A stretch of DNA of 64,000 nucleotides. Origin: Lama guanicoe (taxonomy: Eukaryota). Location of the stretch: contig MU054323.1 of NCBI GenBank assembly GCA_013239625.1, forward strand, positions 10,199,186-10,263,185, given 5' to 3'. Positions 1-15,172 of this stretch are shown here, one piece after another. Position numbers and translations under genes: made by a program. The stretch's first letter is position 1. Each line of letters starts with the position of its first letter. The notes under the pieces were generated by a model that searched no databases, had not been told where the DNA came from, and worked only from the letters and a program-made list of their open reading frames with translations.

Positions 1-3000
1 CATAAGCTGCTTGAATATACAAGAGACATTCTTAATGGAGCTTGTGTGGGCTGAACCAATTAAGTAGGTTGTGTTAAAATCTTATTATAAGCAGAACATG
101 ATGCCTTTGCATAGGCAAAAAGAATTTTTTCTAGCAAAATTTCTGTCAGTGCTCCCTTTTTACAAGAGGGAAAAAGAATCTATGTGGAAGAATTAGAGAG
201 TTAGATGGGCACACATTACTGACTGTTTTTTCATGATACTTGATAGAAGCAAAAATCACAGCCTTTTCCCTTGAGGAGCAAGGCACCAAGGAGTGTGGGG
301 ACCTTTTTTCCTCTTGTCCCTTTAGAATACCTAGCAAATAGAACTTCATGGTGAAGTATGGAAGTCGGGTCCTGGTGCTGAGGGGCGGCAGTAGGTTCTG
401 AGTTAAGTTAGTAAAGACACTTCTAGGTGTTTAAATTGAGGCTCTTAGCTTGAAACATAACCTGTCCCCTGTGATCACTGGTGTTATTTAAGAAATGTTC
501 ATAAATCTTGTTTAATTTCAGCTCTAGAATTCTAAATGAGCCCAGATGTCAAGTTCGCTGCTACTGTGGACGTTCAGGCCTTTACCCACAGGCCTCTGTC
601 CTCGGGGGGACTTGGTGTCAGGACTGGATGTTTAGGCAGAGTTGTTCAAATTGGATAAATGAAATGAAATAGGGGCTGTCAGGAATCGCCTTGCACTGAG
701 CTGAACTTGGATTCTAAGCATTCCTGGCGTCGGGGGTTTCAGTATCCACGTGCTGTGCTCTCCTTGGCTGGGCTGATCTCACAGAGCTCTTTCATCTCCA
801 GCCTAATAGAGTCCGTCATAGTGTTAACTCAAAGTACCCTCACCTTGTTGAAGACGGAACTAATTATTTTTCACGTAACAAATCAAGTCAGACGGACTTG
901 GGAATGAATCATGTTAAAATTATATGCACAGCGTCAAGCCATTCTTTTTATTCTTTCTCTAACATGACTTCCAAGATTCTGCTTAAATCTGTCAACAGCG
1001 TTCGTGATACTGGCTGTCCCTGACAGTTCTTGTTGTGAAGGATAGGTGTTACTGTGCAATGTCTTTGGGAAAAATACTCTGAAATGGATTTTAAAGTGAA
1101 TTTTAATAGTCATATAAAGTCCCATATTGGTGGCTGGGGAAAGTGGACTTTGCATTACAGACAATAGAGAAGAGTAAAGTGAAAATTTTCAGTCTCCTTT
1201 ATGGAACCTGCCAGTAAAAATGGATTTCTAATTAGAGTTCCGATAGATTATATATATTGGTTTAAAATGTTGTGATTTTCTCAAGTGATTTTGTTTCCTC
1301 TTTCTTGAAGGGACTAGAGCTTAAGGAATTAAGAAATATAATGAGATTTCTTGAGGCCTCACTTCACACTCCCTGTGGGTGACAGAGGAAAATCCAGTGT
1401 CATGTTTGGTTTTAGTTTCTTTTCTTTTGTAAAACATCACCAGCTGCTTACTGGTACATACGTGAGGAAAATGAATCTCTCTTTAATCTTCATTTCTCTC
1501 AGAACTGTGAGATACAACATAAATATTATTTTGAGTTAATGCAAAAATATTTAAATTGGTTTTTTTCTCAACTGTTAGATGCACTAAAATGTAGGAAATT
1601 ACCGTAATCTTCACAGTCCTCTCTTGTGGTGGGACATTTGAGCTGACTCTTTTTGGGGGGATTCCCTATTCCTAGATTCACTGTGAAGCTCTGTAACTTG
1701 GAGCAGGTTTCAAAAAATTGCCATCCAGTGGCAGTGGCTGTCTCTACAAACCTGAAAAGAGGGATTCAGCCCAATCCAGTGGTGACTGAGAGAGGGTTCC
1801 TGTTATTAGTGAATCCCTCATTGTAATGGTTCCATGATGCTTGTTCGGGGATGCCTGACTCCACATACACCTCCTGGTCTCGACGTGTGGCTTATCCTGG
1901 GCTCTGTTACTCTGGGAACAGGCACGGACAAAGTGTACCAGATATGTCATTGAATATTAGGTGTGATAAAAGTAACCTTCAGGTGAAAAGTTGCATGATT
2001 TGACTTTACTAATAAGGCTGCCATTGTACCAAATGCAACAGAAGAGAAATAAGTGGTGTGATGGTGAGCATGAAGGTTGTTAAACAGACATGATTGTCAT
2101 AATCCTGTGTCAGGGTAGCTTCTTTCCGGAAGCACCCTAGATTAACCTCATCTTGCTATGTTAATGATTTTATGACTTGTTAAAGAGATCTTTGAATAGA
2201 AAGACTAAACAGAGAATTGATACTAAACTTCATTTTGGTCTACTTTTGTATAAAGTTTAAATATAATTTGGCTCAGTGGGATTGTGCACTGAATTAATTG
2301 GCTTTGGCTCTGAATGAATTAAGTCTCTCACACACACACCCACCCACCCATACCCATTTTTGTCCTACTTACACACACACACATTCTTGTCCTACCTACG
2401 GTGGGCCAGATGTTGGGATTTGCCTTACACAGAGGTGAAGTCTTACAGAATCAGACTTTGGAGTTGAAAAGGGGCCTTTGAGACTAAACTGCTCATGTTT
2501 TTAAATGAGAAAGTGAGAGTTTAACTCACTTGTCATGTAGGTGGTAACTGCTGTCTAATACCTACATCTCTTAACTGCTGCCCACTCTGCTTGCTGTTTC
2601 TCAAATAATTGACGAGTGCCTAGCCGTGCGAATTATAACAACCATCTGAGGTTTTACAAGTCTGATAGTCATCCATACTGGTAAATAACCTCTCAAATGT
2701 AAGTGCTCTAGGGAGCGTTAATACACTGGTCGCTAAGGCTTAGTGAGTTCATTTAATAAGACTGCCTTTCAACTGACAAGTGCTGCCCGACCAGTCTTTG
2801 TGTGATGGCGGGATAACTAATTGTGAGTAATTGCTTTCAAGGAGGCAGCAGGCCTAAGTAGATGAGTGGAGTGGGGCGGCAGCTGGAGCAGCAGGTGTCA
2901 AGCAGAGGGCTCTGAGGAGCCGGACAGGGGATGGTGCCACAAACGGACCTGGGATCTGCGGTTTCCCTGAGGTGAGCCTGGTGGTGCCATCTTTACTTGG

Positions 3001-6000
3001 ATGGGTGACATACTTGCTTACAGTTACTGAACGCTGAAGGGTAGAGTCATTGCTTCAGTTTTGTAGTTATAAGCCATGTTCCCCCCTCCCCCCAAATGTC
3101 TGTTATATTTGCTTACACTGAGCTTTTCAAATGTTTTGAAGTTGTTAAGCTAGAGCTAAAATTAGCTCTGTATTTGAGTGGTGCATTAAAAATTAAATGC
3201 TCCTACTCAGGATACCAAATCAAAACAGAATCTTAATAGAAGCCTTACTGTTTGTTCTTGATGATTATCTTTTATTTTAGGGCATCTTGTGGCGGATTTT
3301 GGGAACGCTAGTCTTTGTTTTGTATGTTCACACAACGGCACAGGGAACCATCTGCTGCAATGAAATTAGCCAAGTCAAACTCTATGTTCTTTGGGGACCC
3401 ATTTAAAAAGTCATTAGCTAAAGACAGATTGACAACACACTTCATACAATTTTATGAATCTTGTCATGGGAAGTCTGTTATTCCAGTCTGAATTCCTATG
3501 CATCATGTTTTAGGTCTAGAAAGCTCTTGGAACTTTAATCCTGCTATTATTGGAGAAAAATCTATCAAACCTAGTTTCTTAGTGGTATGCCCTGTGAATT
3601 CGGATGTAAAGCCCCATATTTTATGGAATAATGTTATAATCTGCAGTTACATAAGATCGTACAGCTGTAGTAGAGTTTACCAAGTTTAACATCACTGAGT
3701 GAAGATGCCAGTAATTTTTTAAAAAAGAATTCATCAAGTTGATTAAATAGCTTCCTTTCTGTGATGCTCATTTTTTAACACTAAGTGTTGTAGGGAGTCT
3801 TTACATTTTTCTTTTGCACTGAAAGGACTTGCTTCTGGTAGGGTTCTTGCTGCTGTCATTAAACAAGTGACAGATGAAGCCGGTGTGGCACAAGTGGGAG
3901 AGAGCCCAGAGAGCCGGACGGGAGCAGTGGGGAGTGCAGGTGTGTGGAGACATGCTCTGACTGCTGAAATTCTCCCCACACCCAAGCCCACGTCACTTGG
4001 GAACTGAAGAGGTGTAAGAGAGAACTTGTGCGTTCCCAGAGTCTGTAACCTGATTGAGGGGCGGTGAGAAAGGGACGTGTATGGAGACACAGGTACAGAC
4101 AGGTCCGATAACCCATAGAGAGCCAGGACTCACATCCTAACTGGGGCTAGAGAATCTGGTCTTTCAACTAAGTAGATCTTACTATTTCTAAAAAATTACG
4201 ATTTCTTACTGTTTCTATTTGCTGTAATTTTGAGGTGCCACACATTAACTAGTCATTCTTCATAAATTACCAATTTCCCATTGGAGTGGTTGTGAACTTT
4301 TGATGAGCTTCTTTATAGATGTGGAATATGAATAATTATACTAGCTTATGGTTTAATTAACATAGCTTCTCCAGACTTTAATTGTGCCTGTTCCTGTTCT
4401 AGGTAGACCTTTCCATCCTAATTAATAAGTAAGTATGAGCATCCACAGCATCTGTGTGAATTGCTGGAGCCATATGGTGAGTGGACAGTGGTCCATATTA
4501 ATACCGTGCTGATACCCAGGGCTTACAGCAATTTCAGCGAAACATCTTGAGGTCGTCATAGCTCCACGTGGAGTTTTTTATTATCCATGTATACAGGCTT
4601 TTAAGGTTGGACTATCATTTACACGAAAACTGACACCAATAAAGACAATTAGAATCAACAAATCAATCTCAGTGGTAGTAAGGCACAACCTGAAAAATGT
4701 GATGGATTTGTAGTTTTAAGAAGAGAAAAAGTAAGGATTTCTCCCTTGTTAATGAGTTGGCTGTTTAACCATGTAGCATGCTCCCTGTTTAATTGGTTAC
4801 TGGTGTTATACATATGAAGTGGTTCTCAGTTTTGACAGCTCCTGTCATTACCCTTTTAGGAAAGTGTTTCTCAGAAAGTGATTCTTGGACCCCTGCAAGT
4901 GGTTTTTGAGTTAATGTTTATATAATTAGGCTATTTGTGCCTGGCATGTACTAAAACTTTTGATACAGGTATTTAGAGATGAGTTCACTGACGGTTCATC
5001 TCCATGTGTGTCTGATGAAAATATTTCTGGCAGTTAAGAAGATAAAGGAAAGGTGGTTCCAGGGTTATCAGTGTGCAGAACTACTGACTAAGGTGAGGCA
5101 CCTGCCTTAGGAGGAATGAACACTCACTGGTCTAGCGTTGGCTTAGAACAGGATGGCTTTCGCACATCTGCCAGAGTGATACTTTTGATGTAGATGAAAT
5201 TGAGAAGGTAAGGGAAAAGGTAGATCCACACAGTCCTTTTGCTCGGGAATGCTTAGTGCCTAGCAAGCGATAAAAAAATGCTTTCCTCGCAAAGTGATGT
5301 TTTGGCACAGCTACCACCAGAAAAGAAACCGGGCAAGAGAACAGAGGGGAAGCAGAAAAAACAAGATGGAAACTTACTGATAAAGTAGCACTGCATATGT
5401 AGGTGTGTAAGATTTAACAGAGTCCCAGTTCGTTTTTATGGAGAAAAATTTCATATGTGAAAACCAAGTTCAGAACTCCCATTGTAACATGTCACTGCCA
5501 ACCTCAGCACTCCAAGTGTCCCTTAATTCCTTTACTCATTGCCACCCAGAGACAAAATTCTGTTTTACTCTGTATTTGACAGGTCTACAAGTTATGCTGC
5601 ATGTATTTCAGTAAATTTGTGTTCCCACATATGTTAGGATCACCTGATTAAGGGAGAGAAAACTCGGGTGAAACCTGGAAGGACACTGCATTAGTACCTC
5701 TCTCCTGAGGACCCCCGGAAGGCCTGCTACTCCAGTGAGCCATCCTGCAAGTAGAAACTTCAACTTAGTAACATTTATGATTGGAACTGTGAGCAGGTTT
5801 GACTCTAGTGCCCATGAATGGGAGGTTTCTATGCTTTGATCTATCACTGCTGCTGAAATTTTGTTTTCAGTGTAGTTTATTTTAGTGGAAAGTTTTAAAA
5901 CAAGTAATAATTTAAATCTCAAGTTAGTGCAGTAGGAAACCTCAGTCAGTTGTTCAATTTTAGTAGGAGGGTTTTCTTAAGGCATGAGGTATATTAATAG

Positions 6001-6250
6001 GATGTTTGAATCTCTGGATCTGTCCTGGTGTTTTATTATCCTCTAAGCAATTGGAATATTGCATTTCATTTAGATGAGCAGATACACACTTTCTACAACC
6101 GTAACTATTCACCACAATTTAACAAACAATCGTCAGCACAACTGAAAGCATCCAAACGTCATCCATGGGGATGTTTCAGTGAGTTGTCTGTTTTTCCTTT
6201 CCAAGTAAAGAATGTCTCTTTCCTTGTGCTGACTCACCACAGATAACGCC

Positions 6251-6256
6251 TTTATT
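6251..6256 (-). terminator. ALK: Probable ALK polyadenylation signal (AATAAA)
   Basis: Plus-strand tttatt about 350 nt past the ALK stop codon; the first canonical hexamer I saw after the stop. Confidence 0.75.
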
Positions 6257-6608
6257 CCTGTTCCCTCTGCCCTCACGTGCTCCAGGTCCACATCAACCAG
6301 GTAAGGAAGCATCTCCGACTCAACTAGGAAACACCTGAGCAGCTAGTTCTGACTGGGTGGGGGGCAAGCACGCGCGAAGTGAAAGAAGCGGGAGGGAGGG
6401 GACACCCACCGTGCTTCCCGAGCCTGTACAAGCCCGTCTCGGCCTGCTGTCTGTCCTCTCCTGAAAGACCAGGGTCAACCTGTGCTCAAAACCTCTCTGA
6501 AGCAATTGGAAAACACAGCTCTGTATGTGGCACTTCAAAACAAGTTGGCACAAAATGAAAAGTGACATTTGGTCTCTGGTGGCGTGTTACCTGTCCCTCC
6601 CCGCGGGC

Positions 6609-7289
<681 letters not shown>

Positions 7290-8985
7290 CTACAGGTGGG
7301 AGAAATGAATGGAATCAAACTTTGAATCGCAGACCAGACTTAGCAATGATCTCATCCAAATTGATTTTACAGAAGAGGAAGCCCTTCAGTGTTTACTGGG
7401 GATATATTTATCTGTAAGCCCCGGGGGCGTAAGAAACAATGGGAAATCTTCCTCCCCTTTGAAGAGCATGGAGGAGAAGCAGGATTACTGACGTGTGTGC
7501 AGTAATCCTGCCTGGGGCAGGAGAGTGAGGTCAGGAAAGGCCCTGCAGAGACAGTTGGGCAAATCTTACAGATTAATGGATTTTTAAAAAGAAGTATAAG
7601 TTACTTAAAAAAAAATGATTCCAGTCTATTCACAATAAAATCCTTTCAACCAAAAAGTCTGGGTTTGACTTCAGTTGTGTGTGGTGGGGCAAGGGGGAGG
7701 GGAGGGACACCATGCTGTTTTACAAGGTTTATTTCCTCTTCCTCACTACCTCCCATTCTGTCTGGATGGGCTTGGCTTGGTACTAACTTTATGTTAATCA
7801 TCATATCCTTACAGCTCTCCTCAATGCAGTGATTCTTTTACTAGTTTGGATATGATGAAACCTAAAAAATAGTGAAGTGCCATAAGGAAAACATTTACAA
7901 AATCAACTTCGTGCTAGAGCATTTTTACAGCAATAGAGGAAAACAGAAAAGCAGAAGCATTTGTCAGATTTGAGGAACATTGGTGGGAGAAAAAGTTAAG
8001 GAAACTTACTTCTTTAGTATTTTATGCAAATTAAGAAAAGCACTACTTCAGTTTAACAGAAAAGCAAATAGGTCCAGTACTCGTCCGTGAAGAGCAGAAG
8101 AATAAAAAATAACTTACTTACCTTCTAATTCTGTTTCAGGGTTTAGTTCCTTATTATTAATTTCTATAGTGAGTCAGTCAAAATATGCTTGTACAGAGCT
8201 CCCTGCTTTTAAGAGGGATTATATACTTTGGAGTAATTTTTCTCCAAAGAGAGAGAGAGAGTGAGTGTGTGTGTGAGTGTGTGTGTGTGTATTCTATTAA
8301 TGTTACAACATAATAACCTAAAATGCCAGTGAACATCCAGTTCTCCGAAAGAACTGAAAATAACTTAAAGTCCATCTAGATAAATGCCAGTCCACTTAGT
8401 TCTGAGCTCAAAGGACCTGAAAGGACGGAATTGTGAGGCCAGGGAGTGACTAGCATGTGAAAATGTGTACATCTGTTGTCACAACCAGGCTGGGAGAACA
8501 AGGTAGTGGTTTACTGTCCGACCTCTACAGTGCTTTCCAGAGTTAGACACCCTGGCAGAATGAGACGAGAGAGGGGAGAAGTGACCGAGTGAAAGTCCCT
8601 GTGGGGCCATAGCTGGTGCAGGGAGAGGGGGCACTGCCTCCATTAAGAACCCTGGAGACGGTGGAAACTGAGGGGACTCTCACTTGATAGCCTCCACTGG
8701 AAATGCTATCCCATTTCTATCAAAGGCAATATTCAGGGTCATCACTGACAGAAATGGGAGAGGGGTCTGCATTGGGACCCGACGGCCTGCTGGGAAGAGG
8801 GGTGGCTTGGACAAAACCTCTCCAAGCTTTGGTCCTCTTAAGTGGCAGTGACTAGTGTTTGTTTACAAAATGGACAAACGGAGAACTACTTATTTTACCT
8901 TAGTTAACACTCATTCCCATGATCATAGCTCCTATTTTCTGGCTGGTGTAAATTCTCTTTCCCATTTTGGTACTTGCCAACTTTA

Positions 8986-9306
<321 letters not shown>

Positions 9307-9676
9307 TTAACAAGGACATCCTGGTGTCTACATTACATGTGGCACCTCTCATTCCAGTCCTGAATTAAAATCACCTCTGGGGCAGAATCCTCTAATTGTA
9401 TTTCCCATCTGCCTTGTTTGTGGGAAGGAGATGAGGGATGCCAGACAGAACTGCAGCAAATGCAGGGAATAGAAATACTTAAAGGAGACTCAAGACATGG
9501 TGGAGGGAAGCAGGGGCGGGGTCCTATGGGGTGTTAGAGGGTGTGAGCCTGGTGAGTCCACAGCCTCCATCCAGACAGTGGGTACCCTTCTGGCTTGACA
9601 TTACTGCTTTCAAGGGGCCGGAAGACTAACCCATCTCATTGAAGCCACAGACACGTTCCTATCTTGGGGCATATTA

Positions 9677-10204
<528 letters not shown>

Positions 10205-10339
10205 TTATAATTTTTTAATTTCACACTTTTCTACCATAGAGAATTCTTAATATGGAGAAAAAGTAAAGAATGAGAAAGCAGCTGCATGTGAAGCTCCATA
10301 AAAGACAGCCAGCATTTTTTTTTGTTCCAGTCAAGTTTC

Positions 10340-11520
10340 TATGCTTAAGATTTTCTTTATATAAGTGTAGAGTTTTGTGGGGGTTTTTTGGTGCAAATTC
10401 CATTGTAGCATAGACATTTTCCATGCTAATACAAACACTATCAATAGAATCTGACACAGCTGTGAAACTCTCCACTGAGTAGTCGTGCCATGCTTTGCTG
10501 TATTATTTCCATATTGTTTTCAATTTTCTTAATATTTAAAAAATACTGTGATGAACATCTTTGTATATTTTTAAAAAGATAATTTCCTTAGGATAAATTT
10601 CTTGAATTTAGAATTAGGATAGTCTAGTAAAATCTAGGATACTTCTAATGAAATTATTAAATCAAAACAACATGAACACTGAAAAATTCTTGCCCTATGT
10701 GGTCCATTTGACCTCCCAGTGCGTCACTCTGATCATCAGCCAGACATGCAAGGATGCATCAGACACGCTCACCCACGCTGAGAATTCTTACTAAAAATGA
10801 GAACTTCTGATTTTAAGGTAAAAAATGGCAGAATATTTTCAATTGTTTATTGACTTGATAATTAACAGGGTTGAGTGCTTTCTCAACCATTAATTCACTT
10901 CATTTTTTTCTCCTATGAATTGTTCATATTTAAGCACATATTGCCCCTTTAACCACATATTGTTTTGCTATCAGGTTTTTGATTTATAGGCATAACTTAT
11001 ACATCAAAGATATTCATCTTTTATCCAAAATTCAAATATTACTTTAGTTGCTTTCTAATTCTTTTTTTTTAGCATGCCAAAGATTTATTTTTTTAGGTAG
11101 TTGAATCTATTTTTTAAAAATTTTGTGATTTCCTCCACCTGTTTCATAAATTATACAATCCTCCCTTCACCAAAGATTAGAAGAATATTGGCTATTTTCT
11201 TCCAGTTGTATTTGTTTTTTCCTCTCAAATCCAGTTGGAACTGAGTGTGGTATATAGTGTGAGGTAAGGATCTAAACTTACTTGCTTTTCTAACACCACT
11301 CTTCGAACAACACACATTCATAAAGTAATTTTCTCTTCAGCTGTTGACTTGTGAGGAAAACCGGGTCTGTGCCTGGGTTATCTGTTCGCTTCATCTATTT
11401 GTCTGCTTCTTGCATTGAAACTGTTCTGTTTTACTTCTTGTGTATTTATGTTTTCATATCTGGTTGAGCATTTCCCCCTTACTTCTTTTTAAAGAAATGT
11501 ATTTGATTTCTAATTTGTTT
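10340..11520 (-). mobile_element. Old, highly decayed L1 (L1M-type) fragments
   Basis: T-rich sequence with reverse-L1 phrases (ctgtgatgaacatctttgta, gtatatagtgtgaggtaaggatcta); boundaries approximate. Confidence 0.55.
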
Positions 11521-11548
11521 TAAATGAACTTTAAAAAGATTTTTTTAT

Positions 11549-11681
11549 TATATGTCCATGAATGACTGAAAAATTGTGCTGAACACTGGAATTTGACACA
11601 ACACTGTAAAATGATTATGAATCAATAAAAAATGTTAAAAAAAAAAAAAAAAAATACAAAGGCCAAAATGTTAAAAAAAAA
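11549..11681 (+). mobile_element. Young, extremely 5'-truncated L1 (3' terminus and poly-A), camelid-type
   Basis: Perfect 16-bp TSD aaaaagatttttttat at 11533-11548 and 11682-11697; TT/AAAA target site; AATAAA then poly-A; ...ctggaatttgacacaacactgtaaaatga... resembles the camelid L1 3' end. Confidence 0.88.
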
Positions 11682-12331
11682 AAAAAGATTTTTTTATCAT
11701 GTTCCAAAATCACCTCCTTTAATATTCTGACTGAGACTTGTATTTTAAACCTATAATTTCATAATTAGCTTTCTGATGCAAAAGAGCTTATCTTTGTCTT
11801 TGTGTCTGGCTGTAACTTGCTGATGTTAATAAGTATTACCGCAGAAGCTGTAGCGAACTATAGCTCCTCCATCTCCTAAGGAACACAAGGCACTATTTAT
11901 AGACATCATTTAGGTGAAATTTCAAAGACTTTTGTGAGGAGAATTGGGCAAAGATATTTTTCAAGTGAGAAGGCTGAAGCAGAGGTTATTATACAACTAA
12001 TCCAAGACATAGTAGAATACATTACTAGATCTCTTGATTCTGCTACCTGCAAATTGCCTGGCACATGTATCATTCCTCTCTGCTTGGTGGTCTTTCTGTC
12101 CCCAATGCAAAACAAAATAAGCAAAGTTATGCATGAAACTGGCAGCAGGGCTTAAAGACATCCAGCTATATGTTTTCTGCCTGTCTAAATAGATAGGGCA
12201 CCACCATCTGTCTCCCTCTGAGAGAACCACCATTTAGACAGCAAATAGATGCTTATTTCCTTAGGTTAGAATTCAAGGGAGCAGGAAGAACTGTTGGTCA
12301 TAGAACAGTGATAATTTCAAGTAAGTAACAT

Positions 12332-12510
12332 CAGATGTAGTAGATAATCATGCAGGACACCCAGTTATACCTGAATTTCAGATAAGCAAGAAATACTTTT
12401 TTTAGTATATCCCAAAATACTGCATGGGACCTACTCATGCCTCCAAATTATTCGCTGTTCATCTGAAATCCCATTTTAACTGGCCATTTTGTATTTTATC
12501 TAGCACCCTA
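12332..12510. mobile_element. MER53-like palindromic hAT MITE
   Basis: Inverted arms caggacacccagtt..gaatttcagataa / ttcatctgaaat..ttaactgg..tgtattttatctagcacccta with a central tccca..tggga. Confidence 0.8.
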
Positions 12511-12949
12511 TGGGATAAGGTAAATCTCTATTTTGTGTGCCAGATGGTTCTTTAATCACCTAGAAGCTAAGCCTGTCTTAAATAGGAGCAACAAGGCCCA
12601 AAACTTTGCACCAAAGCATTCAAAATCAAATAAAAATAACTTTTTCAAAAATCTCACTTTGTTTCTCCTGATATTAAACCTACTCTGCCAGAATTAGAGA
12701 AATAGCTTAAGTGATTGCTGATTATTTTTAAAATTTGAATCAATGAAGATAATCTGATGAAAAAGTTTTCAAGTCAGAACTGTGCTGTGTTTACCTGTCT
12801 TTTAAAGCTAACTTTTATTTTCCTTTCTTCATAACCCAAAGGTGGAAGACTGTCTTCCATTATGACAGAGGGTGGGCACTACTAGGAAAAATGGGAACTC
12901 AAAGGGACTGTACTGAAACAGCCAGCTGATTCCACTGTTTGTTGCAGTC

Positions 12950-13775
12950 CTCTAAGCTTCAGATTCATGTCTAAGAAGCCCAGGCAGCATCTCCATTGGC
13001 CCAATGTAAAAGGCAACTCAGACTTGACATGTCCTGTCAGAGCTCTTCCTGCACCCAAACCACTTCCTCCTCCATCCTTTCCAGCTCAGTGGGACCATGA
13101 GCTACCTCTCTGCTCAAGCCGCAAGCCTAGGGCCGTCCTTGCTCTTTCTCACGCCTCCCACTCCACGTCCAGACGGAGCTGGAATCTGACCACGATTAAT
13201 GGCTTCCACTACTGCCACCAAGTCTTGCCCCTCCCATCTCTTATCTAGAAATGAGTAATATTCTCCTAACTGGCTTCCCATCTTCACCTGCCCTGGTCCC
13301 CTGGTCTGGTCTATTTTCAATGGCAGCCAGACTTTTTTTTTTTTTTTTAAATATTGTGTCACATTCTTGCTTCCAACCCATCAGGGGCATCTCGTTGTGC
13401 TCTGAATACAATCCACATTCCCTCTTGTGGCTCCCAAGGCCTCCACAGTTGCCCCTGCCTGCCTCTTCCATCTCAATCACCACTGGTCCCTACGCTCACG
13501 AAGACTTGTGTTCATTCCTCAAACGAGCTAGTCTTGTTCTTACCACTGGCTCTTTACACTTGACCTTCCCTGGACCTGGAAATCTCCCAGATCTTTCTAC
13601 GGTGTGCCCTTCTGTCATTCAGGTGTCAGAATGTTGCCTCCTACAAGGAGCCTTCTCTGACCACCTGTACTTAAAACAGCTTCCCTCCTCAGCTGCCATC
13701 ACCCATACCCTTGACTCTGCTCTTTTGTCTCCAAAGCACTTACCAGTATTTGAAGTTGTGTAATTTGTTTCTTTA
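12950..13775 (+). mobile_element. L2 LINE 3' fragment
   Basis: Pyrimidine-rich L2 phrases (ctcagacttgacatgtcc, ctcctaactggcttccc, ctattttcaatggcagccaga, gccttctctgaccacc); boundaries approximate. Confidence 0.75.
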
Positions 13776-13794
13776 AGAACTTTAATTACGAAAT

Positions 13795-14381
13795 TGTTAG
13801 GCAGTTAGATAGAAATGAGCACTGGGGAGTGGGAGAGGAAAGAAAAGGAACAACCCTGTAGTATGCCTGCACTCAGGATAAGGGGCTCCAAAAACTTACT
13901 TTCTCTAAATGAGGGCCAGCAAAGAAGTCAGCTAGGCTCGAACACTGCAGCTGCACAACAGACAGAAGGACCCGGCTTAATTTGACCCAATGCTCATTAT
14001 AATGTAATTAACATTGCAGTTTGAGCCCCTTCCCATAGGTTTCTGTGAGCTTCATGGGTAAGAACCCGCACAAAAGGAATGGGCGTGTCTGAGCACAAGG
14101 AATGTGAGCTGTCAATCAGCCTGAGCAAAGAACCTGAGCCGTGAATCAATCAATCATGAAAATGCCCCTAAGCCAGGATATAAAAACAGGAAAAACAAAG
14201 GAGCAGCACTTTTCCTCTTGGATTGGCCCTCTCCCAGTTCTCGGAGGTGTGCTGTATTTTACTACCTTTTTACTTTACTAATAAAATCTTGTTTATATCA
14301 CACTTTCTATCTCTCATTAAAAATTTTTTTTTCAGGTGACTAAGAACTGAGGTAATTCTTATTTCCCTCCTCCCAGTAACA
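13795..14381 (+). mobile_element. ERV1-type solo LTR (587 bp)
   Basis: TG...CA ends (tgttag...gtaaca), 4-bp TSD aaat (13791-13794, 14382-14385), TATAAAA at 14179, AATAAA at 14280. Confidence 0.85.
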
Positions 14382-14986
14382 AAATAATCCAAACTTTAAA
14401 AAGGAAAAGTAATCGAATAGATACCTGTTACTCTAGATGTTAATAATTTGCCTTATTTGTGTCAGTTCTCCTCCTTTTCAAGAAGTAAAATAGATGAGGT
14501 AAGCCTCACCCTCCACCTTCCCTCTCCCTCCCTCCCCTCCGCTGAAGGTACAGTGTAGCCTCTCATGGATGTTTTCATGTTTTTTCACAATGTGTAAAAG
14601 CATGAAACATGAGGAATCTATATTGTAGACCTAATTTTGTATTGTAAAATGATATTTTGGAATTTGCCTTTTTCCCACTAAACCTTGTTTTGAGATTTAC
14701 CCATATTGCTACCTGTAGGTTTGGCATGTTCTTTTATATTGCTGAATAGTTTTCCACGATCTAAGTAAACCAAGTTCTCTTTTTCTGTCTCCCACTTAGG
14801 GGATAGTTAGGCTGTCTCTGCTCTTTCTTTATCTGTAAATAATGTTGCAAATGAACATCCTGCGCAAGTCTATGTGTGTCAGCCTCTCGCTGGTGTAGAC
14901 ACTGAGATTGCTGGGTCACAGGGTGTGCAAGTGTTCTGAGCAATTCAGTAATTACCTAAATTACTCTTATCTGGATCGGGTGGGTG

Positions 14987-15172
14987 AGTGGTGCTCTAAC
15001 TTTGGTTCATACGGGATCACCTGGAAGGAGGGCCCATTAAAACATAGACTGCTGGACCCCACCCCTCGAGTTTGTTTCATCAGGCCTGAGGTGGGGGCTG
15101 GGGATTTGCATTTCTAACAGGTTCCCAGGGATGCTGATGCTAATCCAAGGACTGCGCTCTGAGACCCACTGG
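14987..15172. mobile_element. MER5A-like hAT-Charlie DNA transposon
   Basis: agtggtgctctaactt...atcacctgga...atttgcatttctaacaggttcccagg.gatgctgatgct...tgagacccactg. Confidence 0.8.

Noticed and set aside
1..6200. Possible CLIP4 3' end (expected neighbour by synteny), including an acceptor-like ttttattttag at 3280
   Set aside because: No CAP-Gly or ankyrin coding sequence recognised; could be UTR or intergenic, and cannot be supported from sequence alone.
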